A stretch of 64,000 nt of DNA. Origin: a virus. Taxonomy: Duplodnaviria > Caudoviricetes. The notes under the pieces are model-generated. The model was given only the letters and a program-made list of their open reading frames with translations. It made no database searches and was not told the DNA's origin. The stretch covers positions 1 through 64,000 of IMG/VR virus record IMGVR_UViG_3300021431_000079; one strand, given 5' to 3'. Of this stretch, positions 32,470 through 41,518 are shown one piece after another. Made by a program: the position numbers and the translations under genes. Positions within the stretch are counted from its first letter, which is position 1; each line of letters opens with the position of its first letter.

Positions 32470-32470
32470 C

Positions 32471-33230
32471 GGCGAAGCCGACCGCGAGACTTCGCCGCCC
32501 ACCTTCACGCGGTCACAGGCAAGCAACCCCAACCGGGGACAGACAGCCCGCCGCCATGCAGTAAACGCACCACCCACACAACCACACCAACCCGCCCGCC
32601 CACATGGACGAGCCGCACCGCACGAGGATTTACGACAGTATCCAAGCATAGGAGTCACCCCGCGCACCATGCCCCACGCGCAACTTACGACTTGAACCAC
32701 CCGCCACCGCGAACGGCCACCAACAGCCGCCCGCGACCGGGACAGGCAAGGAAGGAAGACGCACCCCAGAAACGTGACAACCGCCCGCCGATCAACGCGC
32801 CCCGCATATGGGGCAAGCTCGAAAGCCGTCACCGCGTAAGAGTGGCAAAAGGCCGGACAACTGAGAAAACAACAGCCCCCGCGAGACGCGCGGGAGACAC
32901 GAACCTTTACAACCTACGGCAACCGCACCGCGCGAGGAGCGCGGGGCTGTAGAGCATAGCAAGGAGCGACAACGACACGCACGGACGCGGACAGGGTAAC
33001 ACCTGCCGCACGCGTGAGAGTTGGACAGGGTAACACCTGCCACCCTCACACACTCAGCCCGCGACAGTGCCGGCGCGCCTACCTTGAAACGACCCTGAGA
33101 GCGGACACCGCGAGCGACTACTACAGCCGCTTTACTCACCGCCTGCCATGCGTTGGACAGCGTGACAGGCGGGAGAAAATCAGGAAAGCCCGGCGAGACG
33201 GTCAGAGAGTCCCGCCCGGGCTTTTTGTCG
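32471..33230 (+). ncRNA. candidate large structured RNA / structured leader
   Basis: GC-rich, U-poor, many stems (ACAGCCCC/GGGGCTGT, CCGCCTG/CAGGCGG, two CAGG-GTAA-CACCTG), bounded by a promoter-like site and a terminator-like stem. Confidence 0.4.
33185..33228 (+). terminator. terminator-like hairpin
   Basis: AAAGCCCGG...CCGGGCTTT followed by TTGT. Confidence 0.55.
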
Positions 33231-33351
33231 TATCTTTTCACAAGCTCACGACACAGTGCGCGGGCTTATGAAAGGACGCGACACAGCGCCCCGGAAAATT
33301 GAATATACAGCCACCGCGAACAGGCTATAAACGGCGAGAAAGGTTAACACA

Positions 33352-34350
33352 ATGACAAGAAAGAACACCGCAACCGCAACCGCAACCAACAACACCAACA
33401 CCAACACCAACACCAACAAGACCAACACCGCAAAGAAAGGAACTAAAGCCATGAAAAACACCAACAAGACCAACAACACCACCAACACCACCGCAACCGT
33501 TAACACCATCAACGCGCCCGCAACCGTAACTATTAACCCGGCAGACCTGCCCACCGTCAAAAACAACGTATTTGCGGACTGCGACGGCTTCAGGCTTGCA
33601 CTTTTCAACCGTCGCAATACTATTGAAGCGGTCAAGCTTACCGAAGACCGCGCCCGCATTGAAAAGGCCATGAAGGCCGAAGGCTTAACCCTCGTAGAGC
33701 TTGAAGCCCTGCGGATTAAATACACAATGTTAACCGCGTCTATCAATGCACGAGTTGAAAACGCGACAGCAACCCGCGCCGCATATGCTGAATTTATTTC
33801 AACAGTTATCAACGCGGGCAACAAGCCGCAAACGGTTGAATTCATTCTTAATCTGTTGTCTACTGCCGAAGTCCCCGCCCTGAGAGCTTACGCACTCCGC
33901 GGAGCACTCGGAACGACTGCCGGAAGTACGGCGGAAGTATTCTATAATATTTTCGACAAGTTTTTACACCCCGCGGACGGTTACACCGCGGACGGACGCG
34001 CAAACGTGCCCGCGGCAGTATACAAGACCACCGCTGGCGCGCTTGAAACACTTTTTAAGGAAGCGTTTTCTCTGCCGTTCGCGTCCTCTGTCAGTGAGAA
34101 GACAAGAGTCAAACTCAGCGGAAAAAATATCAATCATGTTATCATGAGTTATGCCAAGTGCATAACCTGCGGAGTATCGAACGACAAGAAGACTAACGCC
34201 ATTTCTATTGATACTGACACGGACGTTAAGCCCGCTATCACGAAGACTATTAAAAAGGGCATTGTATCTTACAATGCTAACGAGTTTATGAAAAATATTA
34301 CAAATATCTTGCTTTCAAAGCTCGGAACGAGTGAGGAAGAAAACAAGTAA
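33352..34350 (+). CDS. first early-region protein, hypothetical, Asn/Thr-repeat N-terminus
   Basis: 332 aa, GAAAGG RBS; second RBS and ATG in frame at 33451; unusually GC-rich codons. Confidence 0.75.
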   Translation: MTRKNTATATATNNTNTNTNTNKTNTAKKGTKAMKNTNKTNNTTNTTATVNTINAPATVTINPADLPTVKNNVFADCDGFRLALFNRRNTIEAVKLTEDRARIEKAMKAEGLTLVELEALRIKYTMLTASINARVENATATRAAYAEFISTVINAGNKPQTVEFILNLLSTAEVPALRAYALRGALGTTAGSTAEVFYNIFDKFLHPADGYTADGRANVPAAVYKTTAGALETLFKEAFSLPFASSVSEKTRVKLSGKNINHVIMSYAKCITCGVSNDKKTNAISIDTDTDVKPAITKTIKKGIVSYNANEFMKNITNILLSKLGTSEEENK

Positions 34351-34371
34351 ATAAACAATTAGTATACTTTC

Positions 34372-34426
34372 CCCACTGGCAGGACTGGCCTGCTTTACAC
34401 GTTCGAGTCGTGCAGTGGGATTTTTT
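34372..34426 (+). ncRNA. tRNA-like mini element (7 bp acceptor-like stem, one hairpin, T-arm)
   Basis: CCCACTG/CAGTGGG stem encloses GCAGG-ACTGG-CCTGC and CACG-TTCGAGT-CGTG; U-run follows. Confidence 0.45.
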
Positions 34427-34832
34427 AGCATGAAATCACGCAATTTCTATGTGCTTTTTGTTCTATTTCTGCGCCACTTCTGACACGTTTTTACGCAATT
34501 TCAGCGCAATCCGACAGAATTTCCACGCTAAAATTCTGTCCCTTTGCGCTATCACTCTGCCCTGATCAGAATGATTTCTACGGAATAACCACGCTCAGAA
34601 TCAACGCAATAATTCTATCTCAAAAAAAATATTAGACGCTATTCCTGTAGTTTCTACGGGCTTACTGTGTCTTTTATTGTTCCTATCGTCCAGTCTGACT
34701 CTCGCATACTTTCACGGAGACATATGCGCCCGAGGGAGAACTGCGGCATAGACTGGTGAAGCGTGTAATATCACGCAATAACTTTATCATTTTTACGGGA
34801 GAACCCTGCCCGAAGTGGGAGAAGGAGAAAAA

Positions 34833-35171
34833 ATGAACAATACTGTTTATCGTCAGAATCGCGTCAATAATATCATCGAGAAGTATGTCAATATTTTCGG
34901 AACAAGTGTTCTGAAATATTGCTATGATCACGGGTTCACACTGTCCCTCGTATGCTCTTTGTCCGGGGATATCACATATTCTGATGAGTGGTTAGACAGT
35001 GAGGGCAGAGAGAACGTCCCATGTTGTGACGGTTGGGAGACCGTAGACATTGACGGTGATGATGTTTATTATGAGGATTTTTCCGATCCTGATAATAACG
35101 GTCATACCTCGTTCAATTTGTCGGATTATGTATATACCAACCCGACAATTGGCGAGTTATGCAATATCTAA
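34833..35171 (+). CDS. hypothetical protein
   Basis: AAGGAG RBS, ATG at 34833. Confidence 0.65.
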   Translation: MNNTVYRQNRVNNIIEKYVNIFGTSVLKYCYDHGFTLSLVCSLSGDITYSDEWLDSEGRENVPCCDGWETVDIDGDDVYYEDFSDPDNNGHTSFNLSDYVYTNPTIGELCNI

Positions 35172-35252
35172 CAATATTCTATTGTGGGATTATCCACGCT
35201 ACTACACCACCATATTGCGCTCACTGCATATAGTGTGAGAGAAGGAGTAATT

Positions 35253-35402
35253 ATGTCACAAGAAACACGCACCTACAAACTTTTTGCCCTTCAGGCAGCC
35301 AGAGACCTTTGCTATCCTGCGAAGGTTATCTCTGCCCTGAAAGCGGCACAGTCAGAATCTGAGATCTGCCGTATTATGACAACGGCAAGGAAGGAGTCAT
35401 AA
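35253..35402 (+). CDS. small hypothetical protein (AARDLCY motif)
   Basis: AAGGAG RBS, 49 aa. Confidence 0.65.
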   Translation: MSQETRTYKLFALQAARDLCYPAKVISALKAAQSESEICRIMTTARKES

Positions 35403-35587
35403 TGAACAACAAGAAGTATTATTCCGTCTATCTGTCAATCCGGGAAGAAGCAGACAAGCTCTCCTCCTACTTAAAGTCCCACACTCACTATTACGAGCGT
35501 TCGGGCTGTGGCTCAGGCTATCACTTCTCCGTGCTTCTTGCGCCTGAAGAAGTCGAAGAAGTAAATACCTTCCTCGACACCCTTTGA
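35402..35587 (+). CDS. small hypothetical protein (paralog of 44286..44468)
   Basis: AAGGAG RBS, coupled start; GxGYHF motif. Confidence 0.65.
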   Translation: MNNKKYYSVYLSIREEADKLSSYLKSHTHYYERSGCGSGYHFSVLLAPEEVEEVNTFLDTL

Positions 35588-35673
35588 GAGCCGAAACCGT
35601 CCTATATAGTGAAATTAAAATATAGGGCGGTCTGCGTAAGATGGTAACTTGCGCACTGACGAGGCAAACCTCA
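35585..35673 (+). ncRNA. type II hammerhead ribozyme
   Basis: GCC-GAAAC-[stem III CGTCCTATA/TATAGGGCG]-GTC-[stem I TGCGTAAG/CTTGCGCA]-CTGACGA-GGC; predicted cleavage after C35632. Confidence 0.9.
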
Positions 35674-35703
35674 CAGAAACAGAAACCAGAAAGGAAAAGA
35701 AAA

Positions 35704-35892
35704 ATGGAGGAGACTATTTTTACAGTAAGTGTTGCCCTTGCAGTTCTCGCCTTCCTGTTTGCCTATGTGGCAACGGAAAACATACTTTTGCAGTTACTCA
35801 TTCCCCTGATCATCATATTTATGGGGATTATTCTCATGGCCTTTCATATGGCATGGGAAGAAGTTATAAACGGAAAGGAGATAAAGAAATGA
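35704..35892 (+). CDS. small two-helix membrane protein
   Basis: Two hydrophobic segments; AAGGA RBS. Confidence 0.6.
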   Translation: MEETIFTVSVALAVLAFLFAYVATENILLQLLIPLIIIFMGIILMAFHMAWEEVINGKEIKK

Positions 35893-36251
35893 CAAACAGA
35901 CTTAACCAAACGGAACTTGAAATCAGCTTCCTGCTTTACGGAGACTACGACTCTCTCTCCGTATATGCACAGGAACAGAACGAAAAGCTTTTCGAAGAAG
36001 ATATCACCACTCCCGGAAAGCGCCATAACGGAAAGCGTGATACCCACGCAAGAAAGCGGAAAAAGGGTATCTATGCAGGTATTCGTCACATCAATACTTG
36101 CACCGTAAGAGAGAGCAGAAAATATCCCTATTCCCAAATGTTGGGAAAAGGAAAGCGGCACGACCATGTGTATCAGGATGAACCGAGTAATCCTGAAAGG
36201 AAAGCAAAGGCAAAAGCGAAAGCAGAATTCGCCCTTTATCTGTTTGACTAA
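35889..36251 (+). CDS. basic hypothetical protein
   Basis: AAGGAG RBS, ATG at 35889. Confidence 0.6.
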   Translation: MTNRLNQTELEISFLLYGDYDSLSVYAQEQNEKLFEEDITTPGKRHNGKRDTHARKRKKGIYAGIRHINTCTVRESRKYPYSQMLGKGKRHDHVYQDEPSNPERKAKAKAKAEFALYLFD

Positions 36252-36379
36252 TATCCAGACAGAGCACACAAGGGAACGGAAAAAAGAATTCTCTTGTGTG
36301 TTCCAATGTGGGTATTACTCACACAAGGCAAATTAAAAAAAACAACGCACCTATGCGACAAATAGGAAAGGAGAAAAAT

Positions 36380-36958
36380 ATGACAACTTATGTACTCAAT
36401 CAGAAACTCAATGGAGTCGAGATCTCTTTTGATTCCAAACCTACAAGGGAAGTGTTAACTTCCCTCAAGACAAATGGATTTAGATGGAATCCGAAAAAGT
36501 CCATCTGGTACGCAAAGCAGAGTGAATCGACTCTTAACTTTGCAAAGGGTATCTGCGGCAATGCAGGAACGGAAACCAAAGTAGAGGCTAAAGCAGAAAC
36601 GGAAACCAGAATTGCACCTGTCAATGCTTACGGCGTAAAGGTAGGTGATCTGTTTTACGATACCTACGGATATGATGCCACGTTATATGACTTCTATGAA
36701 GTTGTGGCGTTAAGAGGTACAAAACAGGTAGTTCTTAGACCTGTTGCAGAAGAGAGAAAGCAAACGGACTTCTGCTCTGCCGAGGTAAAGCCCATCAAGG
36801 GAAAGTACCTCACTGGTAACGGATACAAGACCAGACTGCTTTCTGGTTCAGATGAAGTTCTGGTAAGAACCTGCACCAACAACGGAAACTACGTTAAGGC
36901 CGGAAAACTCTATCCCGCTTCATGGGATAGAACCTTTAGCGAGAGCAACTATCACTAA
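36380..36958 (+). CDS. hypothetical early protein (NGVEISFxxKP...GFRW...WY domain)
   Basis: AAGGAG RBS; motif typical of leading-region proteins of mobile elements. Confidence 0.7.
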   Translation: MTTYVLNQKLNGVEISFDSKPTREVLTSLKTNGFRWNPKKSIWYAKQSESTLNFAKGICGNAGTETKVEAKAETETRIAPVNAYGVKVGDLFYDTYGYDATLYDFYEVVALRGTKQVVLRPVAEERKQTDFCSAEVKPIKGKYLTGNGYKTRLLSGSDEVLVRTCTNNGNYVKAGKLYPASWDRTFSESNYH

Positions 36959-37049
36959 AGGCAAATTAAAAAAACTGAATACAATGTAAGACCTTGCCTG
37001 ATGGTAAGGCAAAGCAAAAATCAAAGCGAAAGCAAAGGAGAAAAGAAAA

Positions 37050-38547
37050 ATGAAAAACTATGAAGTTATCAACGGCGAAGTGGTTGATGTTACTACGGTT
37101 ATGGACAAGTCTGTGACCTTCGTCCCCACAAGGGAAGTTGCCGAAGAGATAAAAAATAAAGTCTATAACCTGCTGAATGAGTATTTTCCGGGTTACCTCC
37201 ATAAGGCAAACGGTATCAATGACATGTTTGCCCCGGATGGTGTTTTCTGGGAAAGGAAAGGGTGGTTATGGGATGCATTCTCCAAACATCCCAACTGGAA
37301 CGGAAAGGGGCAGATAGTCCTTCGTGGCGTGAATATGAAGCGCCATATTGACTACTCAGAAGCTATGAGATTTTTCAGGTATGTCTATAACGTACTTGAC
37401 ACCCTCACTGATGAACAGAGATATGATTACACATATAACGGTGGGGATGAGATTATTCCCTATGCAGAAGGGAAAGCAAAGTTAGATAAGCTCACGGCTA
37501 ATCGTGTGTTGGCTGAACGACTGTATTACCATTACAGAAATAAGGACAAATATAACATTGCTGATAAGGTTGTCGAGGCATACAGGCGGTTGTACAGGGA
37601 GATTAACAAATACCATCTCGTTGAAAGATACAACAAGGAGTTGTCCTGCCTTTCCTTAATAAAGGAAAAGATAAAATACGATAGAGAGTATATCGTATCA
37701 GATTTCGTTGCTGAAAAAAATAAACGAAATCATGGAAGATCCTCGCTTCACAAGCGAAGGAACAAAGTTCTCTCGTCTTGTAGGCAAGCTCTGCAAGCGA
37801 ATGGGTATCAACAAGCACGTTGATATTCAGACCGTCAGTTTTACAAGGCAGGACGGAACTGAGGTAACCAGAACTGTGGACAAGGGATATAATAAGCAGT
37901 TCGCCGCTTTTGGTGATGCTATCAATCCTTTGTCGGTCAAGGCAACCGCAGTTATCTCCGTCAATCCGATGGACTATTATACAATGTCCTTCGGAAAGTC
38001 GTGGGCTTCCTGCCAGACTATTGACAAAAATAACCGCAGGGGCTGTGAAAACAGCTACCATGGCATGTACTGCTCAGGAACGGAAAGCTACATGCTCGAC
38101 AATTCCACGGTGATAATGTATTACATCCCGGATGATTACGAAGGGAATCCTGAAAACTCTGACAAGCTCAAGAGGTGTGTGTTTTACCTTGGAGAAGACA
38201 AGGTCATTCAGGGTAGAGTATATCCTGATGGAAGAGACGGAGGAGACAATAGCCTCGCCGGAGACATGAGAAAGCTCATGTGTAAGGTAGTTTCAGAAGT
38301 TTTCGAGACTCCGAACTTCTGGAAATATAAGGGAGACACAAGTGCGTGCGAATCCGTAATTTATAGCGACGGAACACACTACCGCGATTACGAAAATTAT
38401 AGTGATTGCGGAGTCGCTTACATGAAGCGAATTGACGGATATATCAATAACCGCCACATTGATGTAGGCAGTGACCCGATTTGCCCGGAATGTGGCAAGG
38501 CTCACACACTTAACGATAACTTGTTCTGCTATGATTGTGGAGAATAA
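37050..38547 (+). CDS. hypothetical protein split by a frameshift at the A7 run 37714-37720; C-terminal CxxC zinc ribbon
   Basis: Removing one A fuses the two ORFs (DFVAEK-INEIMEDPRF); the second ORF lacks an RBS. Confidence 0.65.
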
Positions 38548-38578
38548 GGCAAATTAAAAAAGAAAGGAGAATATAAAA

Positions 38579-39553
38579 ATGAAAAAAGCAAACATAGTCA
38601 CAGACGGGACAAAAAGAAACAAGCATTTTGAAGCTATCTGCTCCATGTCTCAGGAGCAGTTAAAGCTCCACCTCAAAGAGAAATTAAAATCCTTGGGAAG
38701 GAAAGTAATAGACGGAGATGGTTTTCTCTATTCAGAAGGGAGTTTCCCGGTGATGCTGTGTGCTCATCTTGACACAGTACACAAAGAACTCCCGAAAACC
38801 ATCGTATACGAGAAGGGAAAGGTATCTTCTCCACAGGGAATAGGTGGAGATGATCGGTGTGGGATATACATGATATTGGAGTTGTTAAAAACTCATCCAA
38901 ATATTCATGTATGCTTCTTCGAGGAAGAGGAGCACGGCGGCATAGGTAGTACGAAATTCACAGCAACGGAAACGTGTAATTCCCTCATAGGGAAACTGAA
39001 TTTCGTAATCGAGCTTGACCGTGCAAACAGCCGGGATGCGGTTTATTACAGTCAGGATAATTATGATTTTGAAAAATTCATAGAGAAAGAGTTTTTCGAA
39101 ATCGCATACGGCAGTTTTACAGATATCTGCCATATCTGTCCGACTTTAGAGTGTGCCGGAGTCAACCTGTCCTGCGGATATTATAATCAGCACACAGTAA
39201 AAGAGTATGTATGTCTAAGGGAGATGGAAACAGTTGTTGAAGAAGTCAGAAAGCTTCTCGATAGAACTACTGAGGCTGACAAGTTCGAGTATATTGAGTA
39301 TGTCAGCAAGGGAAAATGGTCTGACTTATACGGCTATGGCAATTATGGCTATAGCGATTATTACTACGGAAGTTATTACAAGAAACCGGCAATAAAAGGA
39401 AAAGAAGAAGAATATGATATCTACTTTTCCTTAAACAAAGAACACTGCATTGCAACAGTGCGTGCAGTGTCAACCTACGAGGCAATAGGGAAATTCCTCG
39501 TAGATCATGAAGACATGAGTTATTCAGATATCCTTACTTGTGTCAGGGTCTGA
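38579..39553 (+). CDS. M20/M28-like zinc peptidase
   Basis: AHLDTV, GGDDRCG, EEEHG, ELDR and NQHT zinc-binding motifs. Confidence 0.8.
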   Translation: MKKANIVTDGTKRNKHFEAICSMSQEQLKLHLKEKLKSLGRKVIDGDGFLYSEGSFPVMLCAHLDTVHKELPKTIVYEKGKVSSPQGIGGDDRCGIYMILELLKTHPNIHVCFFEEEEHGGIGSTKFTATETCNSLIGKLNFVIELDRANSRDAVYYSQDNYDFEKFIEKEFFEIAYGSFTDICHICPTLECAGVNLSCGYYNQHTVKEYVCLREMETVVEEVRKLLDRTTEADKFEYIEYVSKGKWSDLYGYGNYGYSDYYYGSYYKKPAIKGKEEEYDIYFSLNKEHCIATVRAVSTYEAIGKFLVDHEDMSYSDILTCVRV

Positions 39554-39657
39554 GTAACGGAAAGTAAAAAAGCAAAACAAATAAATTAAAAAACAAAAGC
39601 AAACAAAAGAAAACAAAGAAAAAAAACAAAACAAACAAAAGAAAGGAAAATAAAATC

Positions 39658-40215
39658 ATGGCAAACTATATCAGAAGCGAAATCGTAACCACCAACACCT
39701 CTAAGTACACTGGCTATACCAGAGTGTACAAGCGGAATGGACAGGAGTTTCCTGCTCTTGTTGACCTTCTCGGAAAGATCGTTACCACAGCAAACGGCAC
39801 AACTGCTGTAGTAGCACAGAAGAGAAACGGAATCGTTCTGTATGCTAACGGAAACGCAATTCCGTGTGCATATGGCAGGCGGCTGACCGCCTACAAGGTG
39901 ACGAAGAAGGGTACTTTAGGATTAAAGAATCCTGAGTTCGATATTGTCACTGTTACTAATGCAGATGGTGATCTGTTCTGGCAGAGAAGAGAAGTTAAGA
40001 AAGAGAAGCCAGTAATCCTCACTCAGGGAGAACTGAAGGAGCTTTTCCGTAACCTCTACGGAAAGGAAATTAAGATAACGGAGGGGAGAAGAGGACACAG
40101 GAATCGTAAGCTTGAGGAGCTTACGGCTATTCTGGAAAAGAAGCCTGAGACAAAAGAAGTCGTTAACATCGAAGTGAATCCTGATCCTGCTCAGGCAAAC
40201 TTCGAAATCGCATAA
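39658..40215 (+). CDS. hypothetical protein
   Basis: 185 aa, AAGGA RBS after an A-rich leader. Confidence 0.7.
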   Translation: MANYIRSEIVTTNTSKYTGYTRVYKRNGQEFPALVDLLGKIVTTANGTTAVVAQKRNGIVLYANGNAIPCAYGRRLTAYKVTKKGTLGLKNPEFDIVTVTNADGDLFWQRREVKKEKPVILTQGELKELFRNLYGKEIKITEGRRGHRNRKLEELTAILEKKPETKEVVNIEVNPDPAQANFEIA

Positions 40216-40230
40216 AGAAAGGAGATTAAA

Positions 40231-40422
40231 ATGAAGCAAAAGAACATCGACTGGAATGGACTCTGTACATATATTGTGCAGAACAGAAAGATTCCGTCAA
40301 CCAAAGAAGCAGAAGAGAAATACGGCGTTCCATTCTCTATCTGGTTTGAGTTATCAACCAGAGAGACGGAACAGTTGCTTAGAAACTCGAAGCGTGTATT
40401 GAACAAATTGGAAGGGAGATAA
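40231..40422 (+). CDS. small hypothetical protein
   Basis: AAGGAG RBS. Confidence 0.6.
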   Translation: MKQKNIDWNGLCTYIVQNRKIPSTKEAEEKYGVPFSIWFELSTRETEQLLRNSKRVLNKLEGR

Positions 40423-40427
40423 AGAAG

Positions 40428-40709
40428 ATGAAGAAAAATGGATTTTATTTAATGCTGAGGGGTAAGGATGTGTTCATCGTAACTGCACAGAAAGCTAAAA
40501 CAAAAGCTTTTCTACGTAAAGTGGCTCAGAAGTTAGAGCTTCCTGATGCACCGTCAGTTTTGGATGAACTTAGATATCTGATGCGTCCTGCAACTCTTGA
40601 AGTAAAGACCATTGCAGGAAGGGAGATGAACGAAATCTCCGGCGATAGCTTTGGCGGATATGGTCACTTCGTGGATGAGGATAAGGATCTCATCATTCGT
40701 GTAAATTAA
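40428..40709 (+). CDS. hypothetical protein
   Basis: GGGAG RBS. Confidence 0.6.
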   Translation: MKKNGFYLMLRGKDVFIVTAQKAKTKAFLRKVAQKLELPDAPSVLDELRYLMRPATLEVKTIAGREMNEISGDSFGGYGHFVDEDKDLIIRVN

Positions 40710-40725
40710 GAAAGGGGAAATTAAA

Positions 40726-40935
40726 ATGATGAATAAAGAAAAGTATACGTTAATCAGATTTAAGGATAATCTGGAATTTGACCCTCGTGAACATGCAGGA
40801 ATAAAAATGCCGAATGGAAATGTGATTTGCTTCTGTTGCGGCGGCATTCTGGAACAGGAAGATTACGATATTATTGAGGATAATATTCCTTGGCAGTATT
40901 TAGATGAAGCGGCTTTGGAAGCTTTACACATTTAA
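40726..40935 (+). CDS. small hypothetical protein (ICFCCGG motif)
   Basis: AGGGG RBS. Confidence 0.6.
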   Translation: MMNKEKYTLIRFKDNLEFDPREHAGIKMPNGNVICFCCGGILEQEDYDIIEDNIPWQYLDEAALEALHI

Positions 40936-41053
40936 CCGTTGATAGAATCCATCATCACAAAAGCGAAATTAAAATAGTGATGATGGGTTCAATTGAGCGG
41001 TTAACAGCCAAAGGCAAAAATAAAAAAACACGCTCAAAGAAAGGATATTAGAA

Positions 41054-41500
41054 ATGAAGTTGTATGATTTGGAATTAGATGCCAACAAACGACCAATTCT
41101 CGTAGAAGAGAAAGCGTTTCGGTATTCATCGAGATGTAACACACCGAAACTTATTAAAGAGATGTTAAACACATGCTTTAACCTTTGCAACAAAGCAGAG
41201 GAACATGTGTATTTAATCGCACTGAATACAAAGCTAAATGTATCCGGTGTATTTTTAATTAGTAAGGGAACAATAAATGCATCAATCTGTAATCCAAGAG
41301 AAATATTACAGAGATGTTTTATAGTTGGGGCATCAGCGTTTGTTATTGCTCATAATCATCCATCTGGTGATTGTTCACCGTCAAGGGAGGATGTAGAAAC
41401 ATATAATAAGCTAAAAGAAGCCGGGAATATCATGGGCATTCAGTGTTTAGACAGTATAATTCTGTCAAACAGCGATTATTATTCATTAAGCGAAAATTAA
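41054..41500 (+). CDS. RadC-like JAB-domain protein
   Basis: EEH...SKGTINAS...PREI...HNHPSGDCSPSRED...LDSII. Confidence 0.88.
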   Translation: MKLYDLELDANKRPILVEEKAFRYSSRCNTPKLIKEMLNTCFNLCNKAEEHVYLIALNTKLNVSGVFLISKGTINASICNPREILQRCFIVGASAFVIAHNHPSGDCSPSREDVETYNKLKEAGNIMGIQCLDSIILSNSDYYSLSEN

Positions 41501-41518
41501 ATTAAGGAGGAAATCAAT

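Noticed and set aside
32740-32765. SRP-like CAGG...GGAAGGAAG
   Set aside because: The stem around the GGAA loop cannot pair and the AGCAG element is missing.
32990-33045. Twister-like TAACACCTGCC
   Set aside because: The downstream twister core and pseudoknot partners were not found.
32344-33271. Arg/Ala/Cys-rich ORFs in the GC-rich region
   Set aside because: No RBS, overlapping on both strands, and explained by the scarcity of stop codons.
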